Positions 47,388 to 55,970 of a stretch of 64,000 nucleotides of DNA are shown here, piece after piece. The translations under genes and the position numbers were made by a program. Source of the stretch: an uncultured Gammaproteobacteria bacterium. Its GTDB lineage: Bacteria > Patescibacteriota > Patescibacteriia > UBA9934 > CAZDDW01. Location of the stretch: positions 147,755 through 211,754 of the forward strand of contig OZ246408.1 of NCBI GenBank assembly GCA_965231015.1, in the 5' to 3' direction. The stretch's first letter is position 1. Each line of letters starts with the position of its first letter. The notes beneath the pieces are model-generated. The model had not been told where the DNA came from and ran no database searches. It worked only from the letters and a program-made list of their open reading frames with translations.

Positions 47388-48405
47388 GTGAAGATTGATA
47401 AGAATATTTTTGATTCGATTATTGATCCGGAGTCTCTTTTTCAGGCTTGGCAGAAGTTTCGGAATGGTAAAAGCAAACGTAAGGACGTAACTCAATTTGA
47501 GTGGAATTTGGAGAGTAATATTTTCAAGCTACATCGTGATTTAGTCAATGGAATTTATCGACACGGGTCATACACTGATTTTTACATCACTGATCCAAAA
47601 TTGCGCCATATTCACAAGGCTACGGTGCGGGACAGGATTGTACATCACGCCGTGTATCAAGTTGTAAATACAATCTTTGAGCGATCATTTATTTTCGACA
47701 GTTACTCCTGTCGGATTGGCAAGGGTACACATGCGGCAGTGAATCGACTCGAGAAGTTCGTTCGTAAGGTGAGCAAAAATTACACTGGTCCATGTTGGGC
47801 GCTTCAGTTTGATGTGAAAAAATTTTTTGATTCCGTTGATCATGACATTTTACTTAGTATTCTCAAACAAAAAATCTCCTGTCCAAAGACAAACCGTCTT
47901 TTGGCGGAGATCGTGGGCAGTTACTCGAGTTCAAATTCCGTTGGGGGGGGGGACGCTACTTGGAACCATTCGCGCGAAAGGTCTCCCGATTGGGAATTTA
48001 ACCTCGCAGTTGTTCGCGAACGTGTATATGGATGCATTTGATCATTTTATTAAAGAGGGGTTAAGAGCGCAGTGTTATCTACGCTATACTGATGATGCTT
48101 TGATTATTCACGAAGATCCGAAATATTTGAGTCTGCTCGTGCCATTTATTCAGCACTGGCTTTGGCAGAACAGGTGTCTTGTTTTGCATCCTTATAAAAC
48201 ATCTATCCGAAAATATTCGCAAGGGATTGATTTTCTTGGCTATGTTAATCTGCCACATTATCGAGTGCTTAGGACAAAAACCAAGAAGCGCATGTTTAAC
48301 CGCATTGATGAAACAAATCTGTCTTCATATTTGGGGGTTTTGTCTCATGCTGATACTCACAAAATGCAAGATAACTTGTTAAATATAGTTTGGTTTGAGC
48401 TTTAG
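47388..48405 (+). CDS. DGR reverse transcriptase, interrupted by a +1 frameshift in a G10 tract (47944-47953)
   Basis: RT motifs: TVRDRIVHHAVYQVV, FDVKKFFDSVDH, KGLPIGNLTSQLFANVYMD (the DGR-specific I/LGxxxSQ signature), YLRYTDD. The two halves are the track ORFs 47283..48041 and 47827..48405. The start is uncertain (ATG 47283 or GTG 47388). Confidence 0.8.
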
Positions 48406-48453
48406 CCTAAAATTAGGTCAAATCTTGACAAAATGAGCGAATGGTGCTAAGGT
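48405..48453 (+). promoter_or_regulatory. promoter-bearing repeat B (gcctaaaattaggtcaaatcTTGACAaaa...), right boundary of the DGR cassette
   Basis: Identical to repeat A over ~30 bp, then diverges. The -10 is degenerate (TAAGGT). Begins at the RT stop codon. Confidence 0.7.
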
Positions 48454-48490
48454 CATATCTCACAAAATTAACTAAAACAAGCCTAAAAAT

Positions 48491-50182
48491 ATGTTTAAAA
48501 AACTAATTAGTCTTATTGCTGTGCTCGGAATTCTGGGTGGATTTATCCCAGTCAGTCCAGCAATTGCCGGTTCGGAGACGACCCTTGAGGCCGACCGAGT
48601 TTGGCACTATGACGGGTACCGCGTGGAGCGCCTTGATTTTGGCACCGATGAAGTCGACGAAATAATTAAAATCGACGACTACACTATCATTACCGTGCGT
48701 ACTCCTGGTTGTGATTCTGAATGCAATATCCGCGATCTTTATTTTATTGAAAACGGAAATTACACTCATGTTGAAGACGTTCCTGGGTATGTCCTTGATG
48801 AAGCCAATTATTTCGCCAATGATGAGCGTTTCGTTTGGATTGAACTTATGAATGAAGACGAGGAAAACCGTTACAACGTGGTTGAGTACTTGCCCGGGAC
48901 CAATGAAAAAGTTGTTGTTTTAGAAGATCTGTTTTTCAGTGGTGTAGAGTCAATCAAAGCGATTGCCTCCGGAGATGAGTATTATATGAACCCGGTGTAC
49001 AACTATGACAACCACCAAGGGTTCAAACAGGCTGCGGTTTACAAGTACTTTCCTGATATTGGACTGACTGAAATAATCACTAAGCACTGGGAACTTCAGA
49101 ACGAGGAAGTTTTGGATGCCCATGACGGCATGTTACTAACACAAATGAATTTTGATAGTGACTATAAACAGCTCTGGCTTTATGGAGATGGTGAATGGCC
49201 GTACGCTCTTGCCGACACCTGGACTGTGCCACATGAAGATATTGTTGGGGCACACTTCCTGTCAGATGGATCGGTTGAGTTTTTTCGCATGTATGAACGC
49301 TACATTTGGACTCCCGGTGAAGATGGTGGTGTAACCGAAGCTCAAGGAGACTATCTTAGCTGGTACCGTGATTTTGAGGATGCACTACAGATCGTAAATG
49401 GTCGTATGGCTTGGATTGATGCTGATGACAACCTGCGTGTTTCTACTGGAGATGGAATTATTGAACTTGGCAGTATTGGTTCGACCGGTATATTCCGTTT
49501 AGAGGATGATCGCATCTTCTATGACTCCGGAGAGTCCGGTCATTTATATGATTTTTCTACTGACTCCAGTGAAATTGTTGGTTTTGCTGCCACTGATTCA
49601 GCTGAAGGGGTAATGGTTGGTACCGATGTATTGAATAATATCCTGTATATTGAAGAAAGCACCGGAACCGAGTTAACCCTTGGCTATGGTTCAATTCCGT
49701 TCGTGACTGATGCTAATCACATTTATTGGGTTGGTAATGACGGCCATGCATATGAGGCTACTATTAGCCCTGGAACAATCGCTGATACGGACGATGTAAC
49801 GGCTGCCATGACTAGTTCAAGCAATACAGTGTATCTGGTTGACGGATCAGAATATTACGAGATTCCAAGCGAAGACGTATACTTTAGTTGGTTTGATAGT
49901 TTTGAGGCAGTTGAACTCGTTGATAGTTCTTGGTTCAATGCTTACGACTATGCCGGAACAGCACAATTGTCTCCAGGAACCACTGTAAAACTTGAGGGAG
50001 ATCCTAAGCTTTATATGGTTGGAGATGATGGCAAGTTGCATTGGCTTATCAGTCAGGCGGTAGCTTATTCAATCTACGGAAGTGAGTGGAATCAGAATGT
50101 GATTGAGATGAACTATGAACAGTTAGTGCCGTACGCTTACGGCGTAAATGTGACAAGTGAAGCTGATATTCTCGAGATCTAA
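48491..50182 (+). CDS. hypothetical secreted protein
   Basis: Signal peptide MFKKLISLIAVLGILGGFIPVSPAIAG. 563 aa. Confidence 0.55.
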   Translation: MFKKLISLIAVLGILGGFIPVSPAIAGSETTLEADRVWHYDGYRVERLDFGTDEVDEIIKIDDYTIITVRTPGCDSECNIRDLYFIENGNYTHVEDVPGYVLDEANYFANDERFVWIELMNEDEENRYNVVEYLPGTNEKVVVLEDLFFSGVESIKAIASGDEYYMNPVYNYDNHQGFKQAAVYKYFPDIGLTEIITKHWELQNEEVLDAHDGMLLTQMNFDSDYKQLWLYGDGEWPYALADTWTVPHEDIVGAHFLSDGSVEFFRMYERYIWTPGEDGGVTEAQGDYLSWYRDFEDALQIVNGRMAWIDADDNLRVSTGDGIIELGSIGSTGIFRLEDDRIFYDSGESGHLYDFSTDSSEIVGFAATDSAEGVMVGTDVLNNILYIEESTGTELTLGYGSIPFVTDANHIYWVGNDGHAYEATISPGTIADTDDVTAAMTSSSNTVYLVDGSEYYEIPSEDVYFSWFDSFEAVELVDSSWFNAYDYAGTAQLSPGTTVKLEGDPKLYMVGDDGKLHWLISQAVAYSIYGSEWNQNVIEMNYEQLVPYAYGVNVTSEADILEI

Positions 50183-50238
50183 TCGAATAAAAAAGCAAAA
50201 CGAGCTCCTTTAACCGGGGAGCTCGTTTGATTTTGGAT

Positions 50239-50877
50239 TTATTTCATCCAGGTTTCTTTCAGTTTTCGTTTGAAGCGACGTTTTACATTGCGTAGGAAAC
50301 CGAGCTTGGCTTGGCGGACCCGAGCAACCTTGACCACTTCAATCTTGGTCACGTTTGGTGAAGAAAGTGGGAATACTTTTTCCACACCAATTCCACCACT
50401 TACTTTACGAACAGTGATGGTGCGTTTGTTTCCGGCGCCCTTCACTCCAAGGACGATCCCTTCAAACACCTGAATTCGTTCTCGTTCTTCACCCTTTGGT
50501 GAAATGTCCAGAATTCGCTCATGTACTCGGACGGTCATACCGGACTTCACTTCTTCACTACCGATCATTTTCCCTTTGTGACCACTGGTGTCTTGCATCT
50601 CTTCAGAGATTGGGGAAGGTGGTTCCTTGTCCGCCGAATTTTTCTGTTCAGGCTCAACATGTTGAGCCCCTACATCTGAATCCTCTTGATCCTTTGTTTC
50701 TTCTGTATCCCCTACATCCTTTGGAGCTTCTTCCTTTGGCTCTTCCTTCTTCGCTGAGGCTTCAGAGGAGGAATCAGCTGGTTTTTCTTCTTGTTTTGAT
50801 TCTACAGGAGCCTCTTGATCCTTTGTTTCTTCCGCATCCTTTGGATCTTGTGCACCCTTCTTATCTTCATCAGCCAT
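50239..50877 (-). CDS. rplS: 50S ribosomal protein L19 with long acidic/Lys N-terminal extension
   Basis: C-terminal ~115 aa, VRVHERILDISPKGEERERIQVFEGIVLGVKGAGNKRTITVRKVSGGIGVEKVFPLSSP, matches bL19. Confidence 0.8.
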   Translation of the reverse strand: MADEDKKGAQDPKDAEETKDQEAPVESKQEEKPADSSSEASAKKEEPKEEAPKDVGDTEETKDQEDSDVGAQHVEPEQKNSADKEPPSPISEEMQDTSGHKGKMIGSEEVKSGMTVRVHERILDISPKGEERERIQVFEGIVLGVKGAGNKRTITVRKVSGGIGVEKVFPLSSPNVTKIEVVKVARVRQAKLGFLRNVKRRFKRKLKETWMK

Positions 50878-51004
50878 ATTTACGATATTTAAGTTTATTT
50901 GGAGAAGTATTTTAGTTTATAACGACGAGCAGAAGTTTAACAAAACGGCTTAATTTAGTCAACCCTTCAAATATCTCAGGGTTGACCCTGAGTCTGTCGA
51001 AGGG

Positions 51005-51556
51005 TTAAGACACCAGTTTTTTCACCTCCTCCACCGTTTCCTCAACTTTTCCATCAGCATTTATTACCTCATGGTCACAAACCTCGCGATAGCTGAGTTC
51101 ATGATCCAGTTCCTTAATTCGACGTTCAAGATCCTGTTTCTTGTTTTGTCCACGTTTTTCGAGCCGGGCAATCATGGCTTCGCGCGACTCGGCGTTTAGA
51201 AAAATAGAAATAGCTTCCGGTTGAATTTCTTCAATGGTTTTGGCACCTTGAACATCAATGACCATTAAGACGTCTTTTCCGGACTCGAGCAATGACTCAA
51301 GATCAGATTTTGCATTTCCGTAGTACTTGTCGTAAACAGTAGCCCACTCAAACATTTCTCCTGCTTCAATTTTCGCTTTAAAATTCTCCTCACTCACAAA
51401 ATTATAGTGCACCCCATCTTCTTCTCCCTCACGTGGTTGGCGAGTGGTGTAGGTGACAAGTTTAGTAAGGTTTGGCAGGTCCTCGAGTAATTGATTAGCC
51501 ACCGTGGTTTTTCCAACCCCGGACGGACCGGTTAAAACAATTAGTTTTCCTTTCAT
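51005..51556 (-). CDS. gmk: guanylate kinase
   Basis: GPSGVGKTT P-loop, YTTRQPREGE, and the GMP-binding pattern. Confidence 0.85.
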   Translation of the reverse strand: MKGKLIVLTGPSGVGKTTVANQLLEDLPNLTKLVTYTTRQPREGEEDGVHYNFVSEENFKAKIEAGEMFEWATVYDKYYGNAKSDLESLLESGKDVLMVIDVQGAKTIEEIQPEAISIFLNAESREAMIARLEKRGQNKKQDLERRIKELDHELSYREVCDHEVINADGKVEETVEEVKKLVS

Positions 51557-52476
51557 AACGTTTCTAATAGATTTTGTAAATCATCTGGCAATGGTGTCTC
51601 GAAAGTTTTCGTTTCTCCGTTTGGTAATTCAATCGTGAGTTTAGCGGCATGTAAAAAAATACGGTCAAGTTCAATGTGGTTGATATTTTTCATCAATTTC
51701 TTTTTGTATAGCGGGTCACCAACAATCGGATGGTCAACTGCTTGCATGTGAGCTCGAATCTGATGAGTACGCCCGGTTTTGATCTGGACTTTGAGAAGGG
51801 AAGTGGTTGGATACTCTTCGAGTACATCGTACAATGTGATAGCCTCTCGTCCTTCCTCTGAATCTTCCGGCATAGCCACCATTTTCCCAGAGCGTTTAGA
51901 GCGACCAATTCGAAAATTAATTTCTCCGGCTGCTTGTTCCATTTTTCCGTAAACAAGAGCTAAGTATTCTTTTTTGGCAAGTCGATCAGTAAATTGTCGT
52001 TTTAGGTGCTCGAAGGCAGATTGGTTTTTGGCCACGATCATAACTCCGGACGCGGTTTTATCGAGTCGGTGCACAATTCCGGGTCGTTCTTCCGGAGCCT
52101 CACCCACGCCGGCAATTTCTGGGTTGCGTTTCAAGAGCGCATCCACGAGTGTCCACGACGTGTCCTCGGCGTTGGCTCGGTGTACAAGCAACCCGGCTGG
52201 TTTATTGATTGCCAACACATCATTGTCTTCATATAGTACCTCAAATCCAGGTCCGGTTTTGGCTATCCCCGGATCAATCCCGCTTTCGTTCCTAACCTCG
52301 ATAAGATCGCCTGACCTCACTTTATAACCGGATTTACCGATTTCATCATCAATCTTAACAGCTTGGGCTTTGATCAATTTTTGAACCTTGCCTCGCGGTA
52401 ACTCCAAAACATCGCTTAAAAAGACATCTAAACGGTTTCCGGCTTGCGTGTCATTTACTTCAAATTGTTGTATCAT
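51553..52476 (-). CDS. RluA-family 23S rRNA pseudouridine synthase (RluD-like) with S4 domain
   Basis: HRLDKTASGVMIVAKN catalytic motif and an N-terminal S4-like domain. Start set at the internal Met; the track ORF extends to 52533. Confidence 0.8.
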   Translation of the reverse strand: MIQQFEVNDTQAGNRLDVFLSDVLELPRGKVQKLIKAQAVKIDDEIGKSGYKVRSGDLIEVRNESGIDPGIAKTGPGFEVLYEDNDVLAINKPAGLLVHRANAEDTSWTLVDALLKRNPEIAGVGEAPEERPGIVHRLDKTASGVMIVAKNQSAFEHLKRQFTDRLAKKEYLALVYGKMEQAAGEINFRIGRSKRSGKMVAMPEDSEEGREAITLYDVLEEYPTTSLLKVQIKTGRTHQIRAHMQAVDHPIVGDPLYKKKLMKNINHIELDRIFLHAAKLTIELPNGETKTFETPLPDDLQNLLETL

Positions 52477-52537
52477 AGGGTTGACTTTTGGCTGTTTTAC
52501 TGCTAGTTTACAGAGATCCGTGACATAATACAACCAC

Positions 52538-52612
52538 GGGCCGATAGCTCAACGGTAGAGCCCCGAGCTTATACCTCGGTAGTTGATGGTTCGAGTCCAT
52601 CTCGGCCCACCA
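52538..52612 (+). tRNA. tRNA with anticodon UAU (Ile, AUA-reading)
   Basis: GGGCCGATAGCTCAACGGTAGAGCCCCGAGCTTATACCTCGGTAGTTGATGGTTCGAGTCCATCTCGGCCCACCA. Anticodon loop CTTATAC. Confidence 0.7.
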
Positions 52613-52731
52613 CCCTACGCTTCATTAAGAAAATTGGTTTTGAAGTGGAGGATGTCCTCCGAAGCCCCGAAGGAACAAAGGGGGATCTCGGGAGTAAGTT
52701 ATGAAGCTTCGGATGGTAAACCATACATTAT

Positions 52732-52884
52732 ATGTTTATAGCACTCGGAATAGTAATAATGATAATGGGCGGGTTGTTTCTGTGGCGCTACATGCGTGAG
52801 GGGAACACCTTCCAGTACTTTGCTTGCGGCGCTTTTTTTGTAGCCGGAGTGCTGTTATTTGTTTTACAATTTGTTTTTGTTTAA
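52732..52884 (+). CDS. small hydrophobic protein (50 aa), below the ORF-track length cutoff
   Basis: MFIALGIVIMIMGGLFLWRYMREGNTFQYFACGAFFVAGVLLFVLQFVFV, immediately upstream of the next membrane-protein gene. Confidence 0.3.
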   Translation: MFIALGIVIMIMGGLFLWRYMREGNTFQYFACGAFFVAGVLLFVLQFVFV

Positions 52885-52887
52885 TTT

Positions 52888-53337
52888 ATGGACTTAGCAA
52901 TTTTTACGTGGTTTTTAGCAGTCGTTTGGTTCATTTTTTATTGGGTGTTTGGTGGAGTATTTTTTGTTGTGGTAGCCATGTTGCGTTTAGGTAGAATAAA
53001 AAAGATTCGTTTTTCATGTCTTTATACTTTGCTTTCAGCCATCGTTGGGTATGCCGCATCCTGGACCGGAGTGTATTGGTCAGAAGATGCAATTAATACC
53101 TGCCTGGCTGAAGCCAATGGAATGAGTGAACAGTTTGCTGCAGTATTTGCTTGTGGAATAATTGGTATTTTTTCCGCCATGCTCGTTTGGGCGGCAGTGT
53201 TGATGCTCGGAGGATTCATTATGATGGCCATTACTAAAACGAATGAAAAAGCTTGGTTTGAAAAAACAGATGAAGAGGTTGAAGCAGAACGTTTGAGTGA
53301 TGAAGATGAGACTCTTTACACTGAAGAAACAAATTGA
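52888..53337 (+). CDS. hypothetical membrane protein
   Basis: 149 aa, four predicted TM segments, acidic C-terminus. Confidence 0.5.
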   Translation: MDLAIFTWFLAVVWFIFYWVFGGVFFVVVAMLRLGRIKKIRFSCLYTLLSAIVGYAASWTGVYWSEDAINTCLAEANGMSEQFAAVFACGIIGIFSAMLVWAAVLMLGGFIMMAITKTNEKAWFEKTDEEVEAERLSDEDETLYTEETN

Positions 53338-53353
53338 TAAGATCCTTCACTAA

Positions 53354-53430
53354 GGACGTATAGCTCAGTTGGTTAGAGCGTCACATTGACATTGTGAAGG
53401 TCCGTGGTTCGAATCCACGTACGTCCACCA
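53354..53430 (+). tRNA. tRNA-Val (anticodon GAC)
   Basis: GGACGTATAGCTCAGTTGGTTAGAGCGTCACATTGACATTGTGAAGGTCCGTGGTTCGAATCCACGTACGTCCACCA. Followed by a hairpin plus T9 terminator. Confidence 0.85.
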
Positions 53431-53641
53431 GGCTGCTGGGCGGCTAACGCCAAACAGTGGCGCCAAAAATCGACCACTAGAAAAAGTGGCCGGTTTTTTT
53501 TTGACTAAATATTGGGTACGGGATAAGTTTAGATCTGAACCTTTGTCAGGGAGGTCAACAGTGGCCAATATTACTTTTCGTCGTCAGGTGGCCAAGCATC
53601 CAGGGGACTTTTCGTCCGAGCTTGTCCGTAAAGTCGTTCGC

Positions 53642-54040
53642 ATGAACCAAAACGTGTTTGCGGGTCAGGATGAAATTTCACCTGGTTCGTTCAAGGACTA
53701 CCGTGAGCGTTTGGCCAAAGTTTTCTCAATTATTCTTACGGCCGAAACCAAGGGGCTTGTGATCGCCAATTGCATTGCCTACCCGATCGATGACTGGCTG
53801 TACATCTGGGTCCTAGCCGTAACACCTTCGGTGCAGAGGCACGGTTTGGCCACGCGTCTCATGGATGCCATTGAACTTATGGCTAGGGAGCAAAAACATG
53901 AAACCGTACGGGTCAAGGTTTACAACGTCTCCAAGGATATGCAGGCTCTGTTGATCAATCGCGGCTATCATATCGTTCAGGTCGTGCCATCAAAAACCGA
54001 TCCCAAATATAACGAAGTCTTCTTCCAACTTCCTCTCTAA
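53642..54040 (+). CDS. GNAT family N-acetyltransferase
   Basis: YIWVLAVTPSVQRHGLATRLMDAIE motif A. Start moved to the ATG past the tRNA terminator. Confidence 0.6.
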   Translation: MNQNVFAGQDEISPGSFKDYRERLAKVFSIILTAETKGLVIANCIAYPIDDWLYIWVLAVTPSVQRHGLATRLMDAIELMAREQKHETVRVKVYNVSKDMQALLINRGYHIVQVVPSKTDPKYNEVFFQLPL

Positions 54041-54402
54041 ATCAACCCACCGAGTCACTCTTGGTGGGTGCGTTTTTTGTTCAACAAAAAAAAGCGCTTC
54101 GGGAATAAAAGAGTTCCAAAAACGCTTCAGGTGTCGAGCCTGGGCTCGTTAAGCTCGCAGAAGGTGCGAGTGAGCTCACAGATAAAGTATATGGCCAGTT
54201 CTTGGGTGACAACGATGTCGTCATTGGTGAACTGATCGGCCCAGTGATCAAGGAGTAAAGCGACGGTTTCTGGAAAATTGTCCGTGCTGCCCTCGGTGTA
54301 AAGGCCGGTTCTCCAGGTCTCGTCGAATATTAAGCGACGAACGCAGAAAGTGAACTCCCCTTGTTCGGTCTGAAACTTCAGGTTAAAGGCAACTTCTCGA
54401 TC

Positions 54403-54642
54403 TTATTCCTCCATCAGAGGACCGTCGTGGCACCACTTGAGATTAATCCTCAAGATGCCGATAGGCAGATCACCCGTGAACTTGAAAGATTTGCCTTGCG
54501 AAGCTTCGTGTTCGGTCGCGGCTGTGATACCCTGACTCATGAGTCTGTAAGCACTCGCTTGGCTCGGTCGGAGTCCGGCCGCAGCCACCGCGGTTTCGAT
54601 CATCAACATGAACGGCTCGGCCCATTCGGGTTCGTGGTTCAT
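54403..54642 (-). CDS. hypothetical small protein; possibly the 5' fragment of a disrupted gene
   Basis: SD gaggaa. 79 aa. Immediately downstream, in another frame, a further ~90 codons are open without a start codon (54130-54400). Confidence 0.3.
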   Translation of the reverse strand: MNHEPEWAEPFMLMIETAVAAAGLRPSQASAYRLMSQGITAATEHEASQGKSFKFTGDLPIGILRINLKWCHDGPLMEE

Positions 54643-54669
54643 GATACATTTCCTCTCTCTGAAAAGATC

Positions 54670-55806
54670 TTACTCCGCCAGTTGTTCCTTTATCTTGGCT
54701 ACGATATTTTTTTCTACTTCCATAATCGTCTGGTCCATGAAACACAATCGAACTTCGTCGCGCGTGCCGGCCGGGCGGAACGGAGCTGCAAGGGTCATGG
54801 CGTCGTGCGGTTCTTCGGCTCGCAAAATTGCACACACGTTACCTTCCCGGTCTTCATACATGAGAATTACTACCTTGGCGTGCGGTGAGCTAGCAATTAG
54901 CTCATCCACCACGTCCGGTAGGTCATCCTCATTAGCGCCCGCATGCATGAAATCACTTCTGCCTAGCAAGGTCCAAACGAGTCGGCTATGTTCGTGTGAC
55001 TTGAGACGAGCCAAGGCTCGACCCCAAAGCCGAAGCGTCTCGACTGATCGGGTGCGGAAAAGGTTTTCCACGATTTCATCGCGACGAGCTCCATAACTCA
55101 TAAGCATCGAAGCGATCTTTAAAGTGCGTGGAGTCACGTTAGCAGTTTTAAAACTTTTCGTTTTAGCAATCATGCCGGCCAGCAAGGCGGTGGATACTTC
55201 TTCGTCAATAAGATTTGGTTCAACGATTTGAATCAAGTTGTGGGCTACTTCAGAAATTGCCGTGGCGGTAGTGTCGACCAGATTTAATTGCCCATAGTGT
55301 TCATTGGCCGGAGAGTGATCCAAGTTGATGATTGGGGTGGTAAAGAAAAATTCAGCGTGATTGTGAAAAATGTGATCATGGGCAGTTAGGTCAGATGCAC
55401 CAAGAGAAATAATCAAATCATATCGATAGCCAGATTTGGCCGTGTTAATGTCTTGGTCGGCCCAAATACCGGATTTGGGAATCAGGTGAATATGAAGTTC
55501 GTCCCCCTCGATGTTATAAGACAGCTCTTCTACTTTGGTTTGATTAATATTGAGCTTGATGGTGAATTTTTCCAAGCTTTCAATGGTGGGACGGACAAGG
55601 CAATGCTTTTTTAAAAATTTGAGTTGCTTGGGAGCTGGACCTTGGGCTGAAACAATTTCCACTGGTTTATCCAGTTTTTGTATGGCCTCGGCTAAACCAA
55701 TAGCTGATGCAAATCCGTCAGAACCAGCACCTTTGGCAACGCAAATAAGCGGTCGATCAGATCGCTTAATCATTTCCTGGATTTGTTGTGATTCAGTTAA
55801 GGCCAT
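54670..55806 (-). CDS. DHH-family phosphoesterase (NrnA-like nanoRNase/pAp phosphatase)
   Basis: DHH plus DHHA1-like organisation: GAGSDGFASAIGL, LDHSPANEHYG, and a GGGH-like region. Start set at the internal Met. Confidence 0.65.
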   Translation of the reverse strand: MALTESQQIQEMIKRSDRPLICVAKGAGSDGFASAIGLAEAIQKLDKPVEIVSAQGPAPKQLKFLKKHCLVRPTIESLEKFTIKLNINQTKVEELSYNIEGDELHIHLIPKSGIWADQDINTAKSGYRYDLIISLGASDLTAHDHIFHNHAEFFFTTPIINLDHSPANEHYGQLNLVDTTATAISEVAHNLIQIVEPNLIDEEVSTALLAGMIAKTKSFKTANVTPRTLKIASMLMSYGARRDEIVENLFRTRSVETLRLWGRALARLKSHEHSRLVWTLLGRSDFMHAGANEDDLPDVVDELIASSPHAKVVILMYEDREGNVCAILRAEEPHDAMTLAAPFRPAGTRDEVRLCFMDQTIMEVEKNIVAKIKEQLAE

Positions 55807-55970
55807 GGTGGTCTGGTTTTCGGTTGTCCTCTCTCCCTCATCCCTCACCCGAGGTTTCGGATGACAGGCAGCCACGCATGGAATGGCGAAGAAAGTATCT
55901 TACACCGAGCTTAAAAATAGGTCAAGCCCTCTTGTCAGGCACGGTTTTTTGGGCTAAACTGTCAACACAT

